Source: an uncultured Candidatus Rokubacteria bacterium (GTDB taxonomy: Bacteria > Methylomirabilota > Methylomirabilia > Rokubacteriales > DASRDR01). From it: DNA of 64,000 nucleotides. The notes under the pieces were generated by a model. The model did not search any database. It was not told the origin of the DNA and saw only the letters and a list, made by a program, of their open reading frames with translations. Shown piece by piece: positions 50,728 to 60,949 of the stretch. The DNA is taken from the NCBI GenBank assembly GCA_963805625.1, contig CAWDVE010000010.1:2112001-2176000 (forward strand), given 5' to 3'. Both the position numbers and the translations under genes were made by a program. The stretch's first letter is position 1. Every line of letters begins with the position of its first letter.

Positions 50728-51525
50728 TCAGGCCACCAGCCCGGCGGCGCGGAGGTAGGCGGCGTCCTGCTCCATCACCCCGGCCATCTCCTCCGGCAGC
50801 GTATGGGGCTCCAGGGACACCGCACCCCGGTAACCGTCTTGCTTGAGCCGAGCGATCAGCCCAGCCCAGTTGACGGCGCCGGTGCCGAGCGGCAGGCAGA
50901 CGACGTTGCCCCCGGCGCGATGGAGCACCCGCCGGCCGTCGCCGTGGACCGCAGGCAGGTAGCGCGCCGAGTCCTTGGCGTGGAGCTGGACGATGTGGCC
51001 CTTCAGCAGCTCGTAGGCGTAGGGGAAGGGCTCGATGCCGGCGTTGTAGAAGTTGTCGGCGTCGAAGTTCGCGCCGACCCGCGGGTGGTCGACGTGCCGG
51101 ATGATCGCCAGCAGGTCCTCCGGCTGGCGCGTGATCTTGATGAACGAGTTCTCGATCGCCAGGTGGATGCCCTCGTGCCCGGGCTGGTCGATGAGGCCTC
51201 GCACCGTCTCCCGGAAATCGTCGAGGCTCCGCCGCCGGCTGGCGTCCACCCGCTCGATCGCGTCGTCGAAGACCACGATGACGGAGGCGCCGAGGGCGCG
51301 GGCGGCGCCGAAGGCCGCCGCCAACTCGGAGGCGCCGGCATTGACGTGCACCCGGAGGCGCCGTGCCGCGAGCTCGCGGCCGACCGCCGCGGTGCCCTCG
51401 CCGACGATGCGGCGGCTCGGCAGCTCGACGAACTGGGCGCGCACCTTGACGGCCAGGTCGCAGATGTTGGCCACCGGCCAGTGAGGGAACTCGCCGCCGT
51501 TGATCCCGAACGGACAGGGCGTCAT
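50728..51525 (-). CDS. Sugar phosphate isomerase/epimerase family TIM barrel (xylose isomerase-like)
   Basis: LAIEN, VGANFDADNF, LHAKD, PLGTGAVNW, GYRGAVSLE. Confidence 0.85.
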   Translation of the reverse strand: MTPCPFGINGGEFPHWPVANICDLAVKVRAQFVELPSRRIVGEGTAAVGRELAARRLRVHVNAGASELAAAFGAARALGASVIVVFDDAIERVDASRRRSLDDFRETVRGLIDQPGHEGIHLAIENSFIKITRQPEDLLAIIRHVDHPRVGANFDADNFYNAGIEPFPYAYELLKGHIVQLHAKDSARYLPAVHGDGRRVLHRAGGNVVCLPLGTGAVNWAGLIARLKQDGYRGAVSLEPHTLPEEMAGVMEQDAAYLRAAGLVA

Positions 51526-51550
51526 CAGGGCCTCCTTGCCGGCCAGGCGG

Positions 51551-52336
51551 TCACACGAACCGGGTGAAGCCGACCACGCGCTCCACCAGGAGCACCACCC
51601 CCGTGGTGAACACGATCAGCAGTACGGAGATAGCGGCGATCGTGGGATCGCTGGCGAACTCGATGTAGTTGTATATCTGCACGGGCAGCGTGGACAGCCG
51701 CGGGCCCGTCAGGAAGAGCGAGACGACCAGCTCGTCGAACGACGTGATGAAGGCGAACGTCGCGCCGGCGATTACTCCCGGCTTGATGAGCGGCAGCGTG
51801 ACCGTCCGGAACAGGGTGACGGGCGGAGCGCCCAGACTGGCCGCCGCCTCCTCGACCCGCCGGTCGAGCCCCTCGAGGGTCGCGGAGACGGTACGGATCA
51901 CGTACGGGAGCGCGACCACCAGATGCGCGGCGAAGAGGCCACCGAAGCTCTGCGCGAGCGGCGTGCGGTTCAGGAAGATCAGCAGCGCAATGCCCAGCAC
52001 CACGCCCGGCAGCACGATAGGCGCCATCAGACCCGTCCGGATGAGCTCGCGGCCGGGCAGTCGATAGCGCACGAGGGCGAGCGCAGCCAGGGTGCCCGCG
52101 ACCGTGGCGGCCAGCGTCACCGCCACCGCCAGCCGCAGGCTCAAGCCGAGCGCCTCGGTCAGCTCGCGGCTCTGGAGAAAGTTCACGTACCAGCGGAGCG
52201 ACAGTCCCCGGGGCGGGAACACCACGAACGCGGCCGCGCTGAAGGACACGGGGATGACGATCAGGATCGGCGCCAGAAGATACAGGTAGATCAGCGCGTT
52301 CGTCGCACCGAGGAGCCGGCGTCCTCCGAGCCTCAT
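51551..52336 (-). CDS. ABC permease, PotC-like
   Basis: SLRWY, EEAAASLGA, FITSFDE, TLPVQIY; ATG 52336 inside ORF 51551..53194. Confidence 0.92.
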   Translation of the reverse strand: MRLGGRRLLGATNALIYLYLLAPILIVIPVSFSAAAFVVFPPRGLSLRWYVNFLQSRELTEALGLSLRLAVAVTLAATVAGTLAALALVRYRLPGRELIRTGLMAPIVLPGVVLGIALLIFLNRTPLAQSFGGLFAAHLVVALPYVIRTVSATLEGLDRRVEEAAASLGAPPVTLFRTVTLPLIKPGVIAGATFAFITSFDELVVSLFLTGPRLSTLPVQIYNYIEFASDPTIAAISVLLIVFTTGVVLLVERVVGFTRFV

Positions 52337-52344
52337 CGCGGCGC

Positions 52345-53208
52345 TCAGGCGAGCCCCGTCGACTCGGGCCGGTGGCGTAGGAGGCGCCCTTGGGCCCAGA
52401 TGAGCGTCAAGACCAGGAGGAGAAGCACCCAGGCGGCGGCGGCGCCAAAGGGCCAGTTCAGGAGGCTCAGCGTCTGCTCGTAGATGAAGACGGTGATGAC
52501 GTCGGTGGTCGGCCCGCCCACCAGCCGGGGCGTGGCGAAGGCGCCCACCGACAGGACAAAGACGAGCACTGACCCCGAGACCAGGCCGGGGAGGGACAGC
52601 GGCAGGATGACGTGCCGGAACGTCGCGAGCGCGCCGGCACCCAGGCTCTGCGAGGCCTCCTCCAGCGCGATGTCCAGGCCCTGGAGAACCGGGAGAAGGG
52701 ACAGCACCATGAAGGGCAGGAGCACCTCGGCCAGCGCGATGACCACGCCCGCGGGCGTGAACAGGAGCTGGATCGGCCGGCTCACGAGCCCCGTCCCGAC
52801 CAGGGCCGCGTTCACGACGCCGGTCGAGGCGAGCAGGATCATCCAGCCGTAGGAGCGGACCACGACGCTCGTCATCAACGGGATCAGGAGCACGGTTACG
52901 CCGAGCGCGCGCCGGCGCGGCGAGCGCGCCCGCGCAAGCCCGTAGGCGAGCGGGTAGCCGAGGACCGCCGTGACCAGGGTCACCGCGAGCGCCAGCCCGA
53001 GGGTGGTGCCCAGGATGCGGAGGTGGTGGGCATCGAGCAGGAAGCGCGTGTACTGCTCCAGCGTCCACGCCCGCACCATCACCCCGCCGGCCCCGGTGCG
53101 GTAGAAGCTGTAGCGGCCCAGGATCCCCAGCGGGATCGCGAAAACCCCGACGAGGACGGCCAGGCTCGGCGCCAGGAGGAGGACCGGACGCCACGCCGGT
53201 CGCGTCAC
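52345..53208 (-). CDS. ABC permease, PotB-like
   Basis: GYPLAY, VVRSYGW, LPFMVL, EEASQSLGA. Confidence 0.92.
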   Translation of the reverse strand: MTRPAWRPVLLLAPSLAVLVGVFAIPLGILGRYSFYRTGAGGVMVRAWTLEQYTRFLLDAHHLRILGTTLGLALAVTLVTAVLGYPLAYGLARARSPRRRALGVTVLLIPLMTSVVVRSYGWMILLASTGVVNAALVGTGLVSRPIQLLFTPAGVVIALAEVLLPFMVLSLLPVLQGLDIALEEASQSLGAGALATFRHVILPLSLPGLVSGSVLVFVLSVGAFATPRLVGGPTTDVITVFIYEQTLSLLNWPFGAAAAWVLLLLVLTLIWAQGRLLRHRPESTGLA

Positions 53209-54332
53209 GCCGCGCTCCCCACCGGCCCGGGCAGCCCCACCGCTGGCTGGAAGGTGCAGCTGGCGGGCAGCCAGGCGATGCGGACCGCCGCCCCCTCCGT
53301 CATCGCCTGCGCGTGCGTGGCGAGCGGCCCGACCTGGCAGTCCACGTGGAGCTCGGGTCCAGCACCCGTCGCCACGCGGTACTGCCGGAGGGCCCCGAGG
53401 TAGGTCACGCGTCGGACGACCGCCTCGACCACGATGGCGCCGGGCGCCGGCGTCTCGTCGAGGCCGAGGAGCGCAATCGCCTCCGGGCGGAGGGCGACCG
53501 TGCCCCGCTGGCCGTGCGACCCCGCGACACCCGGCGGGAGCGGGAGGGCCAGGCCCTCGTCCGCCCGGAAGACGGGGGCTGCCCCATCGGGCGCATGGAT
53601 TCGGCCGGAGAGGAAGTTGCAGCGGCCGATGAACTCGGCGACGAACGGCGTCGCCGGGTGGGCATAGATCGCCTCCGGTGTCCCGACCTGCTCGACGCGC
53701 CCCGCATGCATGACCACGATGCGGTCCGCCAGGGTGAGAGCCTCCTCCTGATCGTGCGTCACCAGGATGGTGGCGATGCGCAGCGTCCGCTGCAGCTCGC
53801 GCAGCTCGTCCCGCATGGTCTGGCGAAGGCGGGCGTCAAGGTTCGACAGGGGCTCGTCGAAGAGCAAGGCGGACGGACGGATGACGATGGCGCGGGCGAC
53901 CGCCACCCGCTGCTGCTGCCCGCCCGAGAGCTGCCGTGGATAGCGGGCGTCCAGCCCGGAGAGGCGGACCAGGTCGAGGGCCGCCGCCACCCGCGCCGCG
54001 CGCTCGGCCGGGGGGACCTTCCGCATCCGGAGCCCGTAGGCGACGTTCTCGGCGACTGTCATGTGGGGGAAGAGGGCGTAGCTCTGGAAGACGATCCCCA
54101 CGTCGCGGCGATGGGGCGGCTTGTCCGTCGCGGGGAGACCCTGGATCAGGACCTCTCCCCGGTCGGGGCGCTCGAAGCCGGCCACGATCCGGAGGGTGGT
54201 CGTCTTGCCACAGCCCGAGGGGCCGAGCAGGGCCACGAACTCGCCCGGCGCCACGCTCAGGTCCAGCCCGTCCACGGCGACCGTGCGACCGAAGGTCTTG
54301 CGGAGGCCGCGGAGGACGAGATGCGGCTGCAT
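53205..54332 (-). CDS. ABC ATP-binding protein, PotA-like
   Basis: [34 protein letters not shown]. Confidence 0.94.
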   Translation of the reverse strand: MQPHLVLRGLRKTFGRTVAVDGLDLSVAPGEFVALLGPSGCGKTTTLRIVAGFERPDRGEVLIQGLPATDKPPHRRDVGIVFQSYALFPHMTVAENVAYGLRMRKVPPAERAARVAAALDLVRLSGLDARYPRQLSGGQQQRVAVARAIVIRPSALLFDEPLSNLDARLRQTMRDELRELQRTLRIATILVTHDQEEALTLADRIVVMHAGRVEQVGTPEAIYAHPATPFVAEFIGRCNFLSGRIHAPDGAAPVFRADEGLALPLPPGVAGSHGQRGTVALRPEAIALLGLDETPAPGAIVVEAVVRRVTYLGALRQYRVATGAGPELHVDCQVGPLATHAQAMTEGAAVRIAWLPASCTFQPAVGLPGPVGSAA

Positions 54333-54365
54333 GGCGACCGGGCGGCGCGTGGCCCGCGGCCGCGT

Positions 54366-55430
54366 CTACTTGATCTCCCGGTTCCAGCGGTCGACCCACT
54401 GGTCGCGGCGCTTGCCGAACTCATCCCAGTCGGGCGCGACCAGGCGCTTGAGGTTCTCCCCGTAGGGAACCAGCTTCGCCACGTCGTCGCCGAGCTGGAC
54501 GCCGCGGTTCGTCGGGCCGATGAACATGGTCTCGGCGTTGAGTTTCTGCGGCGCGGCGGCGAGCGAGTAGTTGACGTACTGCTCGGCGAGCGCCCGCTGC
54601 TTCGAGCCCTTGGCGATGCCCATGGCGCCCATGCCGAAGATCGCGCCCTCCTTCGGAACGACCGAGGCGATCGGCGCGCCGCTCTTGACCTGGAAGGCGG
54701 CGCGGTCGCTGGCCCAGGGCGACAGCCACACCTCCCCCTGGACCAGGAGCTGCGCCAGCTGGTCGTGCGAGGTCCAGAAGGTGAGGATGCTCGGGCGGAG
54801 CGTCTTCACGCGCGCGAACGCGGCATCGTCGTCGAAGAGGTCCTTGCCGAACGCCTTGCCCATCATCGCCACGAAGTAGGCACCGCTGATCGATCCGATC
54901 TCGGGCAGTACCACCTTGCCCTTGTACTCGGGCTTCCAGAGGTCCGCCCACGACGTGGGGGCGGTCTTCACGTGCTGCGTGTTGTAGGCAAGCACCTGGC
55001 TCGACGTGAAAAACGCCACGTAGGCGCGGTCCTTGGGTAGGGCGAAGTCGTGGAGCTGCCCGAGGTTCGGGATGCGCTGCGGGTCGAGCGTCTCGAGGAG
55101 ACCCTCGCGCGCAGCCACGAGCGCGAACGGCGCGTCGAAGGTCACCACGTCGATCTGGGGGTTGTCCTTCTGCGCCCGGAGCTTCGCGAAGTTCTCGGCG
55201 CTGAGCCCCGTCACCACGCGCACCCGCGCGTTGTGCTCCCGCTCGAAGGCCTGGATCACGTTGGTCCGCCAGGCCTTCTCGAACGTGCCGCCGAAGACGG
55301 TCACCACCAGCTCGTTCCCCTGCGCGTCGGCGGGGCGCGAGCCGACGGCGGCGACGGCTCCCACGCCGAGCAGCAGGCCGATCAGCGTTCCGACGAATGC
55401 GTGCACGCGCCATGCTCTCTGGGTGCTCAT
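54366..55430 (-). CDS. ABC substrate-binding protein, PotD-like
   Basis: Signal peptide; FGGTFE, LAYNT, PTSWADLW, PKEG; GGAGG RBS. Confidence 0.9.
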   Translation of the reverse strand: MSTQRAWRVHAFVGTLIGLLLGVGAVAAVGSRPADAQGNELVVTVFGGTFEKAWRTNVIQAFEREHNARVRVVTGLSAENFAKLRAQKDNPQIDVVTFDAPFALVAAREGLLETLDPQRIPNLGQLHDFALPKDRAYVAFFTSSQVLAYNTQHVKTAPTSWADLWKPEYKGKVVLPEIGSISGAYFVAMMGKAFGKDLFDDDAAFARVKTLRPSILTFWTSHDQLAQLLVQGEVWLSPWASDRAAFQVKSGAPIASVVPKEGAIFGMGAMGIAKGSKQRALAEQYVNYSLAAAPQKLNAETMFIGPTNRGVQLGDDVAKLVPYGENLKRLVAPDWDEFGKRRDQWVDRWNREIK

Positions 55431-55948
55431 GCTGTCCTCCGCGGGCGCGCTCGCGCGCCGGTTGCTGAAGCTCGCCGCTCATCGACCGGCCGCTCTGCCC
55501 AAGCGCATCCGACACCGGTCGAGGTTGACCTGGAATGCCGACACCGGTGCCGACCGAACGTGGAAGGAGACACTAGGCACGCTTCTCGGTCCCCTTCCCC
55601 CGCTCGCCCGTCGGCCCCCGTGCCCCGAGGGTAGCGTGCGGCCGGCCGGCCTGGCAACGGCAGCGGGAGATCGGGGAGGAGGTGCCGGAACCCACCCGTA
55701 CGATCGAGAGACTGGGATGGTCGCGCCGCGTGGTGTGCGCCATCGCCGACAGGCCAAATGGCGGGGCCGGGACGGCCCGGCGGCGAGCCCGGGCGCCGTG
55801 AAGAACCGCCGCACCGCATGCGGGCGCGGTCACCGCGGCCCGATTCCGCCCGCGGAGCATCGCCGGGACCGACGAAACCCTTAACCGCCGCAAGCAGCGG
55901 CTCCGCACAGGCCATTCTGCGCATGCCAAATGGCGCAATAGGTCCCCC

Positions 55949-57386
55949 TGTCAAGCCATCTAAGAAAGATACCGAGGGGTGAATCGTCGAGCCATCTAAC
56001 ATGTAACCCTCGGAGACCGAGCCTGGGGCCGGCGTAGGTGGTTGGCAAAGGTGAAGTCCGGGGTGCCGGGCGGGCGGCCCGGGTGCGGCTTCGGCGGTGC
56101 CGGGATGATGGGCGGGAAGTTCGCCGCCGTGGGGATGGGCACGCCCGCCACCCGCGCGGGCGTGGCCAAGGCGACGAGCCGCTCGATCTTCCGATCGATG
56201 GCCTCGGCCAGGACGAAGGGATCCAGCTGATCGCGTAGGCGGACGAGTTCGCGCACCGCCTGGGAATCCGCCTCGGGGCAGCTCTGGACCCGCTCGAGGG
56301 GCGTGCGCGGAGCATCGTAGTGACGGCGCAACCGCGCGCCGACCCGTTCCTTGCTGAGGAGTTTGACCGACGGCAGGAAGAGGTTGTGCAAGAGCCGGAG
56401 CTCGTGCCGATAGAGCGCATTCAGCGCGGTCACCGCCGCCGGCGTGTCGTAGCGCCAGTAGCCTACGAGCTTCCGGACGTGCGTCCAGTTCTTCTGCTCG
56501 ATGTGGGCGTTGTCGTCCTTCTTGTACGGTCGGCCGCGTGTGAACTGGATCTCCTGCGCCTGGCAGTAGCGGTAGAGATGATGGTTGATGAACTCGGACC
56601 CGTTGTCGGAGTCGATCCCCCGGAGGCGGAAGGGCAGGACCTGCCGGATCTCGTCCAAGGCCGTCTGGACGCCGCGTTCGCCGCGGCCGAGGACCGCCCG
56701 GGTCTCCACCCAGGTGGTGTGGATGTCCGTGACGTTCAGGGAATGGGCGAACTCGCCATCGGCCCGATGGCCCGCATGCGCGACCAAGTCCAGCTCGGTG
56801 AAGCCCGGCACGGTCACATCCCAGTGATCGGTCTTCAGCGGAATGTGGTGCTTGAGGAGAGTGCCCGGTCGGGTCCCGCCATAGCGGCGCGTCGTGCGCT
56901 GCCGCTTGGTTGCGGCCAGGCGCCGGTCGATCTGGCGGGGGCTGATCGCGCGGAGCTGCTGGCACACGGTGGCGGACAGCCGGAGGCGCCGGCGTGCCCA
57001 GGGCAGCCACAGGGGGAGCAGCGCCTTCAACCGCACAGACCAGGGATACCCCGCGGCCTCCCAGATCGCGGTCAACGCCTGGATCACCGCCAGCCCGTAC
57101 GTGGCGGGGCGCCGCCGACGACGGGGCCGCTCGGGGCCCGGGGGCGGCCCGTTGAGAAGCCGCAGCGCGTACTTGCGCTGGTAGCCCGTGGTCTCACAGA
57201 ACTCATCGAGGATCCTCCCCCGCTCGACCCGGGCCGCGCCCCGGTAGCGCGGGTAGACAGCCGTGAGGACCTCCCACCGCGCACGGCGACTCATCATGTA
57301 ACCCTCCTCCGGCCACGGGGCCCTCGAGGGTTACATTCCAGATGGCGCGTCTCTTTCCGCTCGGTAACATTTTAGATGGCGCGATA
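55949..57386 (-). mobile_element. Insertion sequence of about 1.44 kb with imperfect terminal IRs and duplicated subterminal motifs
   Basis: Left TGTCAAGCCATCTAAGAAAGATACCGAG versus right (revcomp) TATCGCGCCATCTAAAATGTTACCGAG; inner copies at 55991-56011 and 57326-57346. Confidence 0.82.
55996..57297 (-). CDS. DDE transposase with integrase core (ISNCY-like, family not firmly assigned)
   Basis: PGFTELDLVAH, IDSDNGSEF, RPYKKDDNAHIEQKN, TPLER. Confidence 0.9.
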   Translation of the reverse strand: MMSRRARWEVLTAVYPRYRGAARVERGRILDEFCETTGYQRKYALRLLNGPPPGPERPRRRRRPATYGLAVIQALTAIWEAAGYPWSVRLKALLPLWLPWARRRLRLSATVCQQLRAISPRQIDRRLAATKRQRTTRRYGGTRPGTLLKHHIPLKTDHWDVTVPGFTELDLVAHAGHRADGEFAHSLNVTDIHTTWVETRAVLGRGERGVQTALDEIRQVLPFRLRGIDSDNGSEFINHHLYRYCQAQEIQFTRGRPYKKDDNAHIEQKNWTHVRKLVGYWRYDTPAAVTALNALYRHELRLLHNLFLPSVKLLSKERVGARLRRHYDAPRTPLERVQSCPEADSQAVRELVRLRDQLDPFVLAEAIDRKIERLVALATPARVAGVPIPTAANFPPIIPAPPKPHPGRPPGTPDFTFANHLRRPQARSPRVTC

Positions 57387-57479
57387 CGGTCCCTTGACCC
57401 ACGTTCGCGCCACTCCCTATACTCGCCGCGCATTCGAGACCAGCGGCGGCCCTCGTTCGCCCACGGCCGGCTCAGGAGG

Positions 57480-57576
57480 ATCCGCACATGTCCACCTGCA
57501 GCTCGATGTCCGGCGCGACGGCAAGGACTTCTTCCACCGGACCTGGGAGGAGACCATCGAGCGCTGGCCCCTCTAA
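57480..57576 (+). pseudogene. Possible C-terminal remnant of a CocE/NonD-family hydrolase
   Basis: HVHLQLDVRRDGKDFFHRTWEETIERWPL-stop with coding-like codons, directly before the next gene. Confidence 0.4.
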
Positions 57577-57582
57577 GGACGG

Positions 57583-58776
57583 GTGATGGCCCACACCCCA
57601 TACGTCATGCCACCCAGTCCGACGGCGACCACCACGGCCCACGACGTCGTCATCATCGGGGGCGGTATCGTCGGCACCTCGACGGCCTACTTGCTTGGCC
57701 GCGCCGGCGTGCGCAGCCTTCTCGTCGAGCGCGATGCCATCGGCAGCCATGCCTCGGGGTTTGCGTATGGGGGACTGAGCCCGCTGAGCGGCGAGGGAAT
57801 CCCGGGACCTCTCGCGGCGGTCGCGCGGGAAGGCATGCGCCTGCACCAGGTATTCGCTCGTGACCTCGAGCTCGAGACGGGGATAAATGTCGAATACCGC
57901 CAGCGGCCCTCCATCTCGCTCGCATTCACAGAGGACGAGGTCCGCAGAGCCCAGGCGGCGATCCACTGGCAACAGCAGCAGCCCGGATATGCGGTCCGGT
58001 GGCTCGACGCCCGGGAGACACGCTCGCTTGAGCCTCGCATTGCCGAGACGATCCTCGGCTCGGTGCTCATCGAACAGGGGGCCGATGTCGAGCCCTACCG
58101 ACTGGTACTGGCCCTCACCAGAGCCGCCGAGAACCGGGGGGCACAGATCCGCCACGGCCGTGTCATCGGTCTCACCCGTCGAGACCGGCGTGTGACAAGT
58201 GTTGTCCTCGAGCATGACGAGATTCCGTGCCACACTGTGGTGCTCGCCCTCGGCCCGTGGAGTGAGGCAACGTCCGCATGGCTGCAATGGCCAATTCCGG
58301 TGCGTCCACTCAAGGGGCAGATTCTCCGGCTCCGAGCCCCGGGGCCCCCGCTCGGGTATTCCGTTGGCTGGGCGAAACACTATGCGACGACGAAGACCGA
58401 CGAACTCCTATGGACCGGCACAACCGAGGAGGATGCGGGCTTCGACGAGACGCCGACCATTGATGCTCGAGACCGGATCATCACGTCCCTGCTGAAGATG
58501 CTGCCGTCGATGAACGAAGCCACGCTGGCCCAGCACACCGCCTGCCTGCGGCCCGTCACCGCCGACGGAATGCTACTGCTCGGCCAGGTTCCTGGCTGGG
58601 ACGGGGTGTACATGGCGACCGGCGCGGGGAGAAAGGGCATCCTCTTGGGTCCTGCCATGGCACGTCTGGTGACCGACCTCATCACCCAGGGAAACACCGC
58701 GCTTCTGCCCCTGGACGCGTTTGACCCGGGCCGCTTCGCGGGGACATCGCCAGCCGGCGCCGAGGGAGATCGGTAG
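57583..58776 (+). CDS. FAD-dependent oxidoreductase, glycine oxidase/DAO family
   Basis: DVVIIGGGIVG, VLALGPW, VRPLKGQ, GTTEE, LRPVTAD, ATGAGRKGILLGP. Confidence 0.9.
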   Translation: MMAHTPYVMPPSPTATTTAHDVVIIGGGIVGTSTAYLLGRAGVRSLLVERDAIGSHASGFAYGGLSPLSGEGIPGPLAAVAREGMRLHQVFARDLELETGINVEYRQRPSISLAFTEDEVRRAQAAIHWQQQQPGYAVRWLDARETRSLEPRIAETILGSVLIEQGADVEPYRLVLALTRAAENRGAQIRHGRVIGLTRRDRRVTSVVLEHDEIPCHTVVLALGPWSEATSAWLQWPIPVRPLKGQILRLRAPGPPLGYSVGWAKHYATTKTDELLWTGTTEEDAGFDETPTIDARDRIITSLLKMLPSMNEATLAQHTACLRPVTADGMLLLGQVPGWDGVYMATGAGRKGILLGPAMARLVTDLITQGNTALLPLDAFDPGRFAGTSPAGAEGDR

Positions 58777-58971
58777 GCCTCCGACACCAGGAGTTCGGAA
58801 CAGCCTCGAGGCTCGCGCGCTGCTTCCCGTACCGGTCGTACAGGCCGACATCGTGCACGAGCACGAAGAGCGGGAGGAGCCACGCGATGTCGGCGCCTCC
58901 TCCGTGCCTCCGGTGGCGGGGCGGACTCGCCCCTTGCCCGGCTTGCGCGCGTCTCGCTATGATCGCCTCGA

Positions 58972-60243
58972 GTGCGCTCTCCGGCGTCCGCCCGGCCCCG
59001 TCGCCAGCTCGCGCTGGTCGTCCTCCTGGGCGCCGTCGTGGTCGCTCTACTCACCCTGCCTGTCCGTCACCGCTGGTGGGGCGGCTGGCTTCTCGCGATC
59101 GCCGAGGCCGGGATCGTCGGAGGGCTGGCCGACTGGTTCGCGGTGACGGCGATCTTCCGCCGGCCGCTCGGCCTGCCCATCCCCCACACCGCGCTGATCC
59201 CCGCCAACTGGGAGCTCATGGCCTCTCGCGTGGGCTCCATGGTCGGCGACCGCGTACTAACCCGGGAGTACCTGACGCGCGAGATGGCCGGCCTCGACCT
59301 GGCGGGGCTGCTCCGGCGCGGCGCGGAGCGCCTCCGCCGGGAAGATCTCGAGGCGGCCGTCTGGCGGGCGGGCGCATGGGCGGCGGACGAGCTTCCGCGG
59401 GCGGCCTTCGACGACCTGCTCCACGGCCTGCGCGACCTGGCCGGGCGGCGGCCGGCCGCACCCGTCCTCGTATGGGTCCTCGAGGGCGCCACGCGCGAGG
59501 GCTGGGACCGGCGCGCGGTCGCGGCGCTCCTCCGGACGTTCGGGGAGGCGGTGGACCGCCCCGACGTCGCGCAGATGCTCGACGAGCTGGTTGGGGACCT
59601 GCTCGCGCGCTACCGCGCGCGGACGCGCATGGCCTCGCGCGTCTGGCTCGGGCTCGCAGAGCTCTTCGGCGTGGTCGACCGCGCGACGATCGTCGCCGCG
59701 CTCCGTGCAGGACTGAGAGCCGTGGCGGAGGATCCCGACCATCCCCTGCGCCGGGAGCTCCTCGTCGCGATCGGCGAGCTGCCGGCCCGCCTCCGCACGG
59801 ATCCGGCGCTCCAGGCGCGCGTGGAGGCGGCGAAGGCGGACCTCCTCGCGAGCGCCGCGGTGAATGACCTTCTGCGCGACGTGGCCGCCTCGCTCCACAG
59901 GGCGCTCGTGGCGGACCTCGGCACCACCGACTCGACGGTCGCCCGCTGGATCGTCGAGCAGCTGGACGCCTTCCGCCGGACGCTCGCCGACGATCCCATG
60001 GTCGCCGCCGAGGTGGACGCCTGGCTCAAGCGCCGGGCGACCGAACTGATCGGCCGTCACCACGTCCGGCTGGCGGCATTCGTCGAGGGCGGGATCCGGG
60101 CGCTCGGCCCCGAGGGCGCCGTGCGCCTGATCGAGGAGCACGCGGGCGACGACCTCCAGTTCATCCGGGTCAACGGAACGCTGGTGGGCGGGCTCGTCGG
60201 GGGCGCGATCTACGCCCTGCACCTGCTCCTCGGCTGGCGCTGA
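58972..60243 (+). CDS. DUF445 family membrane protein
   Basis: EAGIVGGLADWFAVTAIFRRPLGLPIPHTALIP; DLQFIRVNGTLVGGLVG. Confidence 0.93.
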   Translation: MRSPASARPRRQLALVVLLGAVVVALLTLPVRHRWWGGWLLAIAEAGIVGGLADWFAVTAIFRRPLGLPIPHTALIPANWELMASRVGSMVGDRVLTREYLTREMAGLDLAGLLRRGAERLRREDLEAAVWRAGAWAADELPRAAFDDLLHGLRDLAGRRPAAPVLVWVLEGATREGWDRRAVAALLRTFGEAVDRPDVAQMLDELVGDLLARYRARTRMASRVWLGLAELFGVVDRATIVAALRAGLRAVAEDPDHPLRRELLVAIGELPARLRTDPALQARVEAAKADLLASAAVNDLLRDVAASLHRALVADLGTTDSTVARWIVEQLDAFRRTLADDPMVAAEVDAWLKRRATELIGRHHVRLAAFVEGGIRALGPEGAVRLIEEHAGDDLQFIRVNGTLVGGLVGGAIYALHLLLGWR

Positions 60244-60351
60244 CCACGTATATCAGTAAGTTTCACGGACTCACCTGCCGATCCTCGCCAGACCGAGAAG
60301 CGACGCGCTAAGCGCGAACGCACGCGGCGGGAGCAACGAGCGATGAGAGGG

Positions 60352-60618
60352 TCAACGCTTGCGCGGGCGACCCGCGCGGTAGGCGGCGACCCCCGCGCGA
60401 ACACCCGCGCGCACACCGCGGGCGATCACCGTTGCCTCGGCGACCGCCTGACGAACTCTGGGCTCGAGCGCCCGAACGGTGCGCTCGACCTTCACGCGTG
60501 TCCGCCGTTCGAGCCGCCTGAGACGCCGGCGCGTCTGGCCGCGCGCCTTGTCGGCCCGAGCACTGAGGTTCCTAAGATGGTCCTGGAGGGCCTTCAGCTG
60601 CTTCTCGAGGCGTTTCAT
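60352..60618 (-). CDS. Small basic coiled-coil hypothetical protein
   Basis: AGGAG RBS, ATG, helical R/K-rich sequence. Confidence 0.6.
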   Translation of the reverse strand: MKRLEKQLKALQDHLRNLSARADKARGQTRRRLRRLERRTRVKVERTVRALEPRVRQAVAEATVIARGVRAGVRAGVAAYRAGRPRKR

Positions 60619-60949
60619 AGCGTCTCCTGCAGGTCACCGCCGAGACCGGCGGCGTTCTATCTACGTTAAGGTCCAGGTTGCTCCCTAAATCGGTCTGTTC
60701 CAGGGACACTGCTCCTTCATCCAACCGACGGATTCCCATCACCTGGATCCACCGCCCGCTCCGGGATTGCTCATGGTCTCCTCAGTCCATCCCAGCCGCT
60801 TGATACACGTGCTCCGTCAGTTCAATGACCCGAGCCTGCAGTCGATGGACCTCATCGAGGCAATCCGCGAGCTCGACGAGGTATGATCACACGCACTCAC
60901 TGGCCCACCTCCCCTGCCTCACTGGCGAACGCCTGTCCATGACCCTCGT

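Noticed and set aside
51551-53194. 547-aa ORF as a second fused permease
   Set aside because: The N-terminal half is an off-frame shadow of the PotB-like gene; the real start is 52336.
58790-58900. Short coding-like piece (WLLPLFVLVHDVGLYDRYGKQRASL) on the minus strand
   Set aside because: Too short to assign and has no credible start.
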